This document shows, in pieces, positions 1 through 6,604 of a stretch of DNA of 7,760 nucleotides. A model generated the notes under the pieces. The model was not told the DNA's origin, made no database searches, and saw only the letters and a list, made by a program, of their open reading frames with translations. Numbering within the stretch: the first letter of the stretch is position 1; every line of letters begins with the position of its first letter. A program made the translations under genes and the position numbers. This stretch comes from Candidatus Auribacterota bacterium (GTDB lineage Bacteria > Auribacterota > UBA6266), in NCBI GenBank assembly GCA_023136205.1, contig JAGLRQ010000075.1, forward strand, positions 1 to 7,760. Direction: 5' to 3'.

Positions 1-55
1 TGCCTAATCCACGCCGCCAGCGTTCGTTCTGAGCCAGGATCAAACTCTCCATAAA
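1..55 (-). rRNA. rrs: 16S ribosomal RNA, 5' end only (gene continues beyond the left edge of the window)
   Basis: The reverse complement of 1-50 reads GGAGAGTTTGATCCTGGCTCAGAACGAACGCTGGCGGCGTGGATTAGGCA. This contains the universal 8F/27F site AGAGTTTGATCMTGGCTCAG followed by conserved 16S 5'-domain sequence. The mature 5' end is placed near 55 by aligning AGAGTTTG to E. coli position 8 and is uncertain by a few nt. Confidence 0.93.
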
Positions 56-72
56 TGAAAAGCTTGAATCCA

Positions 73-90
73 ATCTCTCATATGAGAGAT
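73..90. repeat. Perfect 18-bp palindrome ATCTCTCATATGAGAGAT in the pre-16S leader
   Basis: Read directly: 73-90 is its own reverse complement. In RNA it can form a 7-bp stem (AUCUCUC/GAGAGAU) with an AUAU loop. It lies about 18-35 nt upstream of the inferred mature 16S 5' end. Confidence 0.9.
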
Positions 91-148
91 CAGTGTTTCT
101 TTTTGAATTAATTGAAGCACCATGCACAAATCACATCATACTATTCAA

Positions 149-161
149 ATTTCAAAGAACA
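149..161 (-). promoter_or_regulatory. boxA-like antitermination motif in the rrn leader (proximal copy)
   Basis: The minus strand reads TGTTCTTTGAAAT. This resembles the rrn boxA consensus (E. coli TGCTCTTTAACAA; Gram-positive variants recalled as TGTTCTTTGAAAA). It lies downstream of both predicted rrn promoters and upstream of 16S, which is the expected location. Confidence 0.6.
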
Positions 162-196
162 CAAAAATCTTTTTATAACATCAACTCGATATAGTT

Positions 197-209
197 TTTC
201 TCAAACAAC
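197..209 (-). promoter_or_regulatory. Second boxA-like motif in the rrn leader (distal copy)
   Basis: The minus strand reads GTTGTTTGAGAAA, sharing the GTTnTTTGA core with the 149-161 motif. From memory it resembles the actinobacterial boxA form TGTTGTTTGAGAA. It is also downstream of both promoters. Confidence 0.45.
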
Positions 210-261
210 CAATTTTAAAAATGTAAAACTTTATCCCTTAAAATGTTTTTTACCGATATCC

Positions 262-289
262 AATATACTCTCAAAATTCAATTTGTCAA
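262..289 (-). promoter_or_regulatory. rrn promoter P2 (sigma70-type): TTGACA-N16-TATATT
   Basis: On the minus strand, a perfect -35 TTGACA (289..284) is followed by a 16-nt spacer and the -10 TATATT (267..262). An A/T-rich tract (AATTTAATTTTTCAAAAGATG) sits immediately upstream, like an UP element. The predicted start near 255 gives a ~200-nt leader to 16S. Confidence 0.6.
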
Positions 290-362
290 CATCTTTTGAA
301 AAATTAAATTATTGTCGATAAAACAGAATAAAATATTTACCTTATAAAGGAGCACGGCGACC

Positions 363-391
363 ATAGTATTAAAACTTCTCTATTGTGTCAA
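363..391 (-). promoter_or_regulatory. rrn promoter P1 (sigma70-type): TTGACA-N17-TACTAT with GC-rich discriminator
   Basis: On the minus strand, a perfect -35 TTGACA (391..386) is followed by a 17-nt spacer and the -10 TACTAT (368..363). Directly after it comes GGTCGCCGTGCTCC (362..349), a GC-rich block that stands out in an otherwise very AT-rich intergenic region. The A-rich tract AAAAATGTAAATAAACAG lies upstream of the -35. Confidence 0.6.
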
Positions 392-409
392 CTGTTTATT
401 TACATTTTT

Positions 410-1639
410 TTATAATCTTTGTTTAGGAGCTACTCGTATAAAATTTTTCTTGCCTATTTTAATTAATTTACCATCGGTATCCGTTGGAACATTTATCTTT
501 TTGTCGACGTCTGTTATTTTATTATCATCAATTGAAAATGCTCCATGAGAAACAAGCCTCCTCGCCTCTCCATTGCTTTTTGCACATCCTGCCTCAACAA
601 TAAATTTTACAATCCAATATTCCCCATCACAAAAATGAACCTCTTTTATAAGGTCCTCTGCAGGTGCTTTTCTTTCACTAAATGTCCTGATAAAATTCTC
701 TTTCGCCTTAACTCCCTCCTCGGATGAATTAAGTTCACTTACAACGGCTTGCGCAAGATCAAGTTTTATATCTCTTGGATTAATGTCTTTAGAAGCCAGA
801 CTTACAAGAACTTCATCAAGTTTTTTCTGATCGACCGAAGTCCCTACCTCCCAATAACTCTTGATAAGGCTATCGGGGATACTCATAACCCTGCCAAAAA
901 TATCATCGGGTTTATCAGTTACACCAATATAATTATTAAGAGACTTTGACATTTTGTTAACACCGTCAATTCCTATAAGTATTGGAAAAAGTAATGCTAC
1001 TTGAGGTTCTTGTCCCCATACCCTTTGTAATTCCCTTCCCATAAGGATATTAAATTTTTGTTCTGTAGCACCAAGTTCTATATCAGCTTTGATTGCAACA
1101 GAATCATATCCCTGCAGAAGCGGATACATCAATTCATGCATTGAAAGAGGTTCTCCGCCTTCATAGCGTTTTCTAAAAGTTTCATGAGCCATAATCTGTG
1201 CAAAAGTAACTTTGCCTGCAAGATTTAATACCTGCTCAAAAGAAAACTTTGAAAACCATTCGCCATTATAATGGATCTCTGTTTTCTTCGGATCCAGAAC
1301 CTTGAAAAGCTGTTCAAGATATTTCTCAGCATTTTTCCTGGCATTTTCAGGCGTAAGATGAGGCCTTTCTTCCAAACGTCCGGTAGGGTCTCCTATAGAA
1401 GCTGTATAATCTCCTATAATAACTATACCAACATGCCCCAGGTCCTGAAACTGCCGCATTTTTCGATAGGGAACCAAATGGCCTATATGAACATCGGGTT
1501 TTGTGGGATCAATACCACACTTTATTCTAAGCGGATTTCCAGTCTTTTGGGCTTTTACAAGCTTTTCTTCAAAAGCTTTTTCAGGAATTATCTCTTCGAC
1601 ACCACGTTTCAGAACTTTTAGCTGTTTTTCTATATCCAT
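410..1639 (-). CDS. tyrS: Tyrosyl-tRNA synthetase, type 2 (Thermus/TyrZ-like) with C-terminal S4-like domain
   Basis: This is a 409-aa ORF with an ATG start. It has the class I aaRS motifs HIGH (DVHIGHLVPY) and KMSKS (NKMSKSLNNYIG), and the TyrRS-typical GDYTASIGDPTGR. Long colinear similarity to my recollection of T. thermophilus TyrRS includes RKMRQFQDLGH, LMYPLLQGYDSVAIKADIELGATEQKFN and the C-terminal SNGEARRLVSHGAFSID. It starts 20 nt after the rpsA stop with no obvious Shine-Dalgarno sequence (SD). Confidence 0.93.
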   Translation of the reverse strand: MDIEKQLKVLKRGVEEIIPEKAFEEKLVKAQKTGNPLRIKCGIDPTKPDVHIGHLVPYRKMRQFQDLGHVGIVIIGDYTASIGDPTGRLEERPHLTPENARKNAEKYLEQLFKVLDPKKTEIHYNGEWFSKFSFEQVLNLAGKVTFAQIMAHETFRKRYEGGEPLSMHELMYPLLQGYDSVAIKADIELGATEQKFNILMGRELQRVWGQEPQVALLFPILIGIDGVNKMSKSLNNYIGVTDKPDDIFGRVMSIPDSLIKSYWEVGTSVDQKKLDEVLVSLASKDINPRDIKLDLAQAVVSELNSSEEGVKAKENFIRTFSERKAPAEDLIKEVHFCDGEYWIVKFIVEAGCAKSNGEARRLVSHGAFSIDDNKITDVDKKINVPTDTDGKLIKIGKKNFIRVAPKQRL

Positions 1640-1659
1640 GACAATGTTTAATCTTGATG

Positions 1660-3360
1660 TTAATTTTCTCCAGGCTCTTCTTTCTTTTCCTCATCTTCCT
1701 TCCCTTCAGATTTCTTCACCTCACCGGCATCCTTAAGGCTTAACGCTATTCTTCTTTCGCTCTGATCAACTTTTATAACCATAGCTTCGACTTCCTGCCC
1801 TTCTTTCACAACATCTTCAACTTTTTCAACCGGCTTGTTTGCAAGCTGGGAAATGTGAACAAGGCCTTCTACGCCTTCTTCTATTTCTACGAATGCGCCA
1901 AATTTCGCCACCTTATTAACCTTACCCTTTACGATGTTTCCTATTATATATTTATCCTTCACTTTATCCCAGGGGTCAGGCTGCAGCTGTTTAATCCCCA
2001 AAGCAATTTTCTTGTTAGATTTATCGATAGAAATAACTTTGGCTTCTACAAGGTCTCCTTTCTTCAGCATCTCACTGGGATTGGCAATTTTTCTGGTCCA
2101 CGACATATCAGATATATGTATAAGGCCGTCTATTCCATCTTCCAGCTCAACAAATGCGCCATAGTTGGTTAAATTTCTCACCTTACCGCGTATTGTACTG
2201 TCGACAGAATACCGTGTATCAATGTTTTCCCACGGATTATGTTCAGTCTGTTTCAGGCCCAAAGAAAACTTCTGATTATCCTTGTCAATATTCAGAACTA
2301 CTACCTCTACAGTATCTCCAACTGCAATCACCTCGGAAGGATGGTTTATCCTCCTGGTCCAGGAAAGATCCGAAATATGTATTAACCCTTCAATACCTTT
2401 TTCTATTTCAACAAATCCCCCGTAAGGCATTATACTCACAACTTTACCTTTAATTTTAGCACCAACAGGATATTTTTCTTCAATATCTTCCCAGGGATTT
2501 GCAGTTTTCTGCTTGAGTCCTAACGATATTCTTTCTTTTTCCCGGTCAAACTGCAGTATCATAACTTCCACTTCATCGCCAACCGCAAGGATCTGCGATG
2601 GATGAGATATGCGGCCCCATGTCATATCGGTAATATGAAGAAGACCATCTATACCACCAAGATCAATGAAAGCGCCAAAATCAGTAATATTTTTAACAAT
2701 ACCTTTTCTCATCTGTCCATCTTCAACATTTTGTATAAGCTCTATTTTATTCTTATTTCTTTTTTCCTCCAGAATTTCCCTTCTGGAAAGAACCACATTT
2801 TTTCTCTGCGGATTGATTTTTATAATCTTGAAATCAAACTCTTTACCTACATAATCATAGATGTTTGAAACATGTTTAATATCAATCTGTGAAGCGGGCA
2901 AAAAGGCTTCCATTCCAATATCCACCATAAGGCCGCCTTTTACCGCCTTAAATATTTTACCTTTGATAATTTTTCCTTCTTCACAGGAAGCAATTGTCTC
3001 TTCCCAATCCATGTGTTTGTCGGCTTTCATTTTCGAGATAACTATAATCCCATCATCATTCTCTTTCTGTTCAACAAGAACCTTTATCTTACCACCGACA
3101 TTCACACTATCGTAATCACGAAATTCGTACTTTGACACAAAACCTTCGGACTTATAGCCGACATCCACAATAACACCCTTAGTGTCCTTGTTAATTATAG
3201 TGCCGTCGACAATCTTCCCTTCTTCAAGAACCTTAAAACTTTGTTCATAAAGGTCCTTAATTTCCTGGTTCGCAAACATACCTTCCTTCCCAGAATCTTT
3301 CTCAGTGTTCATGCTCGCGCCGGAAAAGCCTTCATTGATTTCCTTTTCTTTAGCTATCAC
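1660..3360 (-). CDS. rpsA: 30S ribosomal protein S1 (six S1/OB-fold repeats)
   Basis: The 566-aa ORF contains six recognisable S1 repeats (for example [32 protein letters not shown]..., each ending in ...SLGLKQ-type strands). Its N-terminal core aligns with E. coli S1 (FxxLxEESL...GxIVxGxVxxIDKDxVxVDxGxKSEGxI). The GTG start at 3360 is preceded by AAGGAGG with a 10-nt spacer. Alternative in-frame ATGs lie at 3312 and 3279. The C-terminal tail is Lys/Glu-rich. Confidence 0.93.
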   Translation of the reverse strand: MIAKEKEINEGFSGASMNTEKDSGKEGMFANQEIKDLYEQSFKVLEEGKIVDGTIINKDTKGVIVDVGYKSEGFVSKYEFRDYDSVNVGGKIKVLVEQKENDDGIIVISKMKADKHMDWEETIASCEEGKIIKGKIFKAVKGGLMVDIGMEAFLPASQIDIKHVSNIYDYVGKEFDFKIIKINPQRKNVVLSRREILEEKRNKNKIELIQNVEDGQMRKGIVKNITDFGAFIDLGGIDGLLHITDMTWGRISHPSQILAVGDEVEVMILQFDREKERISLGLKQKTANPWEDIEEKYPVGAKIKGKVVSIMPYGGFVEIEKGIEGLIHISDLSWTRRINHPSEVIAVGDTVEVVVLNIDKDNQKFSLGLKQTEHNPWENIDTRYSVDSTIRGKVRNLTNYGAFVELEDGIDGLIHISDMSWTRKIANPSEMLKKGDLVEAKVISIDKSNKKIALGIKQLQPDPWDKVKDKYIIGNIVKGKVNKVAKFGAFVEIEEGVEGLVHISQLANKPVEKVEDVVKEGQEVEAMVIKVDQSERRIALSLKDAGEVKKSEGKEDEEKKEEPGEN

Positions 3361-3420
3361 GTTAAAATTTCCTCCTTATCAAATTATTCTTCTTATCCAC
3401 ATGGGACAAAAAGTGTGTGT

Positions 3421-3449
3421 ATAGTATAAATTAACGGAAGTATTGTCAA
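3421..3449 (-). promoter_or_regulatory. Putative rpsA promoter (sigma70-type): TTGACA-N17-TACTAT
   Basis: On the minus strand, a perfect -35 TTGACA (3449..3444) is followed by a 17-nt spacer and the -10 TACTAT (3426..3421). It lies in the 150-nt gap upstream of rpsA. The predicted start near 3414 gives a ~55-nt purine/AU-rich leader carrying the AAGGAGG SD. The hexamer pair is the same as in rrn P1. Confidence 0.55.
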
Positions 3450-3510
3450 GGGAAATTAGTCGGGGAAAACAGGTTGTAAAACCTTCGCAGCACCCTTTGG
3501 ACAATGCAGG

Positions 3511-3945
3511 TTAATTGGTTCTATCCATTCTTGTTTCGGCAGAAAATTTCGCTCGAAGGATATTTTCCAAGCGGCTTACGTCTCTATTCAGCTTACCCTG
3601 GTTATAGGTAGTTACAAAATGCTTTATTTCCTGAAATCTTTCGTTAACAAGAGAATAATACAGCATATCACCGGCAATCCTGCCTTGAACCCACCCATTC
3701 CTTATAAAATCGTACAATATCTCTTCTATATAAGATAAATTTACGTCAAGAATTGCAGCCAGTTCAGTTGAAGATAACTCAACATTTTCCTTAAGTAAAT
3801 TAAGCATTCGAATATCAAATGTAGGCTCCACTTTTCCTCCCATCTCTCTATGCCACACCCACACCTCAGCGCTATTGTACCACAAGATGCAAAATTCTCT
3901 TAATAAAAGGCCGCATACAGAGAAAAGAGAAAAATCATGTGCCAT
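3511..3945 (-). CDS. Hypothetical protein with a probable winged helix-turn-helix core; start codon uncertain (3945 ATG, 3843 ATG or 3831 GTG)
   Basis: This 144-codon ORF fills the space between plsC and the rpsA promoter on the operon strand. Residues ~43-98 (FDIRMLNLLKENVELSSTELAAILDVNLSYIEEILYDFIRNGWVQGRIAGDMLYYSLV) fit the helix-helix-recognition helix-beta wing pattern of Lrp/AsnC- or MarR-like wHTH domains. I recognise no family-specific motif. The first 34 codons are Trp/Cys/Leu-rich and overlap the plsC stop by 11 nt, so they may not be translated. Confidence 0.55.
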   Translation of the reverse strand: MAHDFSLFSVCGLLLREFCILWYNSAEVWVWHREMGGKVEPTFDIRMLNLLKENVELSSTELAAILDVNLSYIEEILYDFIRNGWVQGRIAGDMLYYSLVNERFQEIKHFVTTYNQGKLNRDVSRLENILRAKFSAETRMDRTN

Positions 3946-4561
3946 GTTTTTTTACTTCTTTTTCACGGAGAAATTTTATTGAATCCATTATTCTTGTCGC
4001 AATTTCTCTACTATCTTCTTTAGAATAACTATTAGATTGAGAAAAGGTTATCGGATTACCAAAAAAAACTTTTACTTTTACTCCAAATTTCGGGAATTTA
4101 GAATTTTTCGGCCAGGCTTTATTCGCGTTGTGAATATAAGCGGGAATAACGGGCACGCCTGTTTTCAGGGCAATCGCTCCGATTCCCTGACGTGCCTCCC
4201 TTATAGTTCCATCAGGGGACCTTGTCCCTTCAGGAAAAATAACTACAACCTCACATTTCTTCAACTTCTTAAGTATTAGTTTAAGCGCTCCGATATCGGA
4301 ACCTTTATTATCAATAGGCATAGCATGAATTGCTTCCAGATACCTTTTAATTATTTTACCCTTAAAAAGAGTTTTTCTTGCCATAAACCAGAATTTTCTT
4401 TTAAATAAACACCCTACGAGCGGCGGATCCACATAGCTCGAATGGTTACAGGCAATTATAGCCGGGCCCTGCCTGGGGACATTTTCCATCCCCTCTCCTT
4501 TAAAACCCCAGAAGATTCTTGCAAAGGTCTTTGACAAAAAACAGCTTATGATATAAAGCAT
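3935..4561 (-). CDS. plsC: 1-acyl-sn-glycerol-3-phosphate acyltransferase (lysophospholipid acyltransferase family)
   Basis: This is a 208-aa ORF with an ATG start. It carries the acyltransferase block I NHSSYVDP (NHxxxxD), block III FPEGTRS and block IV-like VPVIPAYI, plus a hydrophobic N-terminus. Confidence 0.85.
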   Translation of the reverse strand: MLYIISCFLSKTFARIFWGFKGEGMENVPRQGPAIIACNHSSYVDPPLVGCLFKRKFWFMARKTLFKGKIIKRYLEAIHAMPIDNKGSDIGALKLILKKLKKCEVVVIFPEGTRSPDGTIREARQGIGAIALKTGVPVIPAYIHNANKAWPKNSKFPKFGVKVKVFFGNPITFSQSNSYSKEDSREIATRIMDSIKFLREKEVKKHGT

Positions 4562-4582
4562 TTTAAAACCACATTAACCCCG

Positions 4583-5269
4583 TTAAAGATCCCTGGCTTT
4601 AGTTTTTATATATCCAAGAATCATTTTTAGAACTTCATTGATTGACATACCAGTCGTATCCATATATATCGCATCATCCGCTTTTTTAAGGGGGCTATGT
4701 TCCCTTGTGAAATCTTCACGGTCTCTTAACTTTATCTCTTCGCAAAGCTTACCCAAATTCACATTTTCACCCTTTTCTTTTAACTCTTTGTATCTTCTGC
4801 AAGCTCTTTCATCAACACTCGCATCAAGAAAAAATTTATACTCCGCGTCAGAGAAAACCACAGTGCCTATATCTCTGCCTTCCAAAACGAATCCCCCTTT
4901 GAACCCTGTATGTCTCTGTTTTTCTACCATTATTTCCCTTACTTCGCGCATCTTGGATATAAGAGACGCAGATTTCCCAACCGCAGGGGTAAAAAGCTTC
5001 CGGCTTACATCGACACCATCCACGAAATATTTTGTAGATTTGTTTTCCCTGCCAAGCTGAATATCAACGCTTCGCGCAATCATTACAATCCTGTTTTTAT
5101 CATTCAGGCTAATGTTCTCTTTAAGAAGCTTCCATGCAAGCGCTCTATACATGGCTCCGGTATTAATATAAATAAAACCCAGTCTATCAGCCGTCAGTCT
5201 GGCAATTGTGCTTTTTCCTGAACCAGCCGGACCATCAATTGCTATAATAGGTTTATTTCTATTCGGCAT
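4583..5269 (-). CDS. cmk: Cytidylate kinase
   Basis: It has the P-loop IAIDGPAGSGKST and then TGAMYRALA. VLEGRDIGTVVFSDAEYKFFLDASVDERACRR closely parallels E. coli Cmk as I recall it ([29 protein letters not shown]). I use the ATG at 5269 (MPNRNKPIIAIDGP...); the ORF-track start at 5290 is a TTG that adds 7 residues. Confidence 0.9.
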   Translation of the reverse strand: MPNRNKPIIAIDGPAGSGKSTIARLTADRLGFIYINTGAMYRALAWKLLKENISLNDKNRIVMIARSVDIQLGRENKSTKYFVDGVDVSRKLFTPAVGKSASLISKMREVREIMVEKQRHTGFKGGFVLEGRDIGTVVFSDAEYKFFLDASVDERACRRYKELKEKGENVNLGKLCEEIKLRDREDFTREHSPLKKADDAIYMDTTGMSINEVLKMILGYIKTKARDL

Positions 5270-5300
5270 GTGAAAACTTCCATTTTCCAAAAACAGCTTT

Positions 5301-6602
5301 TTACTTAGCCACCTTTTTTAGCGTTTCTTCAAAATCAGGGAACGATGTATTTATAAACTCCGCTTCTTTTATTTCGGAAGGGCCATCCGCGGCAAGGGCA
5401 CCAATGGCAAGAGACATCGCTATCCTATGATCCTTATAGCTCGGGAAAACTCCGCCTTTAAACTTTGAAGAACCATCTATTATCAAACCATCTTCTTTCT
5501 CTATAACAGTTACACCCGCTATTTTAAGATTTCTTACAATATTTGCAATCCTGTCTGACTCTTTAACTCTTAATTCCTCGGCATTTTTAATTATTGTCCT
5601 TCCTTTCGCAAAAGAAGCAATAACCGCAAGTAACGGAATTTCATCAATAATATTAGGTATAATATCGCCTGATATCTCTACACCCTGAAGCACAGAACTT
5701 TTAATATTTATATCCCCAACCGGTTCCTGATATTTGCCATACCCTCTCTCTTTAATGGTAATGCAAGCACCCATTTTTTCAAGAACATTCAAAAAACCCA
5801 TCCTTGTTGGATTTAAGCCAACGTTTTTTATAACCAAACCGGACCCCTTAACAACAAGTGCCGCCCCTATTAAAAAAGCTGCCCCCGAAAAATCCCCGGG
5901 TATATCAAGTTCTACTCCATGAAGCTTTTTATCAGGATTAACAGCAACCGAATTCGAACTTACAAGTATTTTTCCGCCCATAAAATTCATCATCCTCTCG
6001 GTATGATCCCTTGAAGAATAATTGGAATGAACAATCGTAGTTCCCCTGGCATTAAGGCCGGCAATCAGAATGCAACTTTTTACCTGAGCGCTCGCAACAG
6101 GCATATCATAAAAAATCCCTTCCAGTGAACCGCCTTCAATTTCAAGAGGCAAAGTTATTTTTCTGCTCTTATCTTTACTAACGCTCCTTATCTTACAGCC
6201 CATTAACTTCAACGGCTCGATTATTCTATCCATGGGCCGGCTTGATAATGATTCATCGCCAGTTAGAACAGCCTTAACGTTGTAGCCGGCTATTGCCCCC
6301 GCGGAAAGCCGAAGGCCTGTTCCGGAGTTTCCAAAATCAAGCGGTTTGGGTGGTGATTTTAAACCGCTGTTTCCCACACCCTCCACAACAATTTTATCTC
6401 CCTTTTCCTCTATTGATACACCAAGCAGGCGAAATGCCTCAAGCGTCGCGAGGCAATCCTCACTCTTCAAAAACCCTCTGATTTCACTTCTACCATAAGC
6501 AAGAGAAGTAAGGACTATGGCCCTGTGTGACACAGACTTATCTCCAGGAACATTTACTTCTCCTGAAATTTGTGAAGCAGGATTTATCACAAGGCCAGGC
6601 AT
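5301..6602 (-). CDS. aroA: 3-phosphoshikimate 1-carboxyvinyltransferase (EPSP synthase), class II-like
   Basis: The motifs are PGDKSVSHRAIVL, LDFGNSGTGLRL, SRPMDRIIEPL, ASAQVKSCILIAG, LNPTRMGF and RVKESDRI. The GDKSxSHR, RPM, SAQxK and NPTR combination is the class II signature. I use the ATG at 6602, preceded by AGAGGGG with a 6-nt spacer and lying 2 nt after the tyrA TGA; the ORF-track start at 6608 is a TTG. Confidence 0.92.
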   Translation of the reverse strand: MPGLVINPASQISGEVNVPGDKSVSHRAIVLTSLAYGRSEIRGFLKSEDCLATLEAFRLLGVSIEEKGDKIVVEGVGNSGLKSPPKPLDFGNSGTGLRLSAGAIAGYNVKAVLTGDESLSSRPMDRIIEPLKLMGCKIRSVSKDKSRKITLPLEIEGGSLEGIFYDMPVASAQVKSCILIAGLNARGTTIVHSNYSSRDHTERMMNFMGGKILVSSNSVAVNPDKKLHGVELDIPGDFSGAAFLIGAALVVKGSGLVIKNVGLNPTRMGFLNVLEKMGACITIKERGYGKYQEPVGDINIKSSVLQGVEISGDIIPNIIDEIPLLAVIASFAKGRTIIKNAEELRVKESDRIANIVRNLKIAGVTVIEKEDGLIIDGSSKFKGGVFPSYKDHRIAMSLAIGALAADGPSEIKEAEFINTSFPDFEETLKKVAK

Positions 6603-6604
6603 AT

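Noticed and set aside
112-321. A 69-aa plus-strand ORF in the tyrS-16S intergenic region.
   Set aside because: It lies in the AT-rich rrn promoter/leader region on the opposite strand, encodes a low-complexity Asn/Lys/Phe/Ser-rich peptide, and has no SD. The rrn regulatory elements explain the region better.
1700-3200. Periodic similarity within rpsA (recurring GAFVE/GLIHIS/SLGLKQ-encoding segments of roughly 250 nt) that could be mistaken for a DNA repeat array.
   Set aside because: The six diverged S1 OB-fold domains of ribosomal protein S1 fully explain it. The repeats are at the protein level, not near-identical DNA repeats, and have no spacer-repeat structure.
3466-3484. A possible intrinsic terminator after the orphan ORF: minus-strand AGGTT-TTAC-AACCT followed by GTTTTCCCC.
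   Set aside because: The stem is only 5 bp and the U-run only 4 nt, which is too weak to call. It may give partial termination before the rpsA promoter, but I cannot support it as a feature.
4531-4557. A plus-strand promoter-like sequence TTGACA-N15-TGaTATAAA inside the first codons of plsC, pointing antisense into cmk.
   Set aside because: The hexamers are good, but the 15-nt spacer is suboptimal. It is inside coding sequence (the codons for MLYIISCFLSK are naturally AT-rich), and nothing credible lies downstream on the plus strand. It could drive an antisense RNA, but the sequence alone does not support calling it.
1271-5221. Many 60-140-aa plus-strand ORFs (for example 1271-1621, 1855-2172, 2154-2453, 2861-3115, 4037-4279, 4638-5060, 4910-5221).
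   Set aside because: All are antisense to strongly supported minus-strand genes (tyrS, rpsA, plsC, cmk). They encode low-complexity Ser/Phe/Leu/Ile-rich sequences and lack ribosome-binding sites. They are shadow ORFs.
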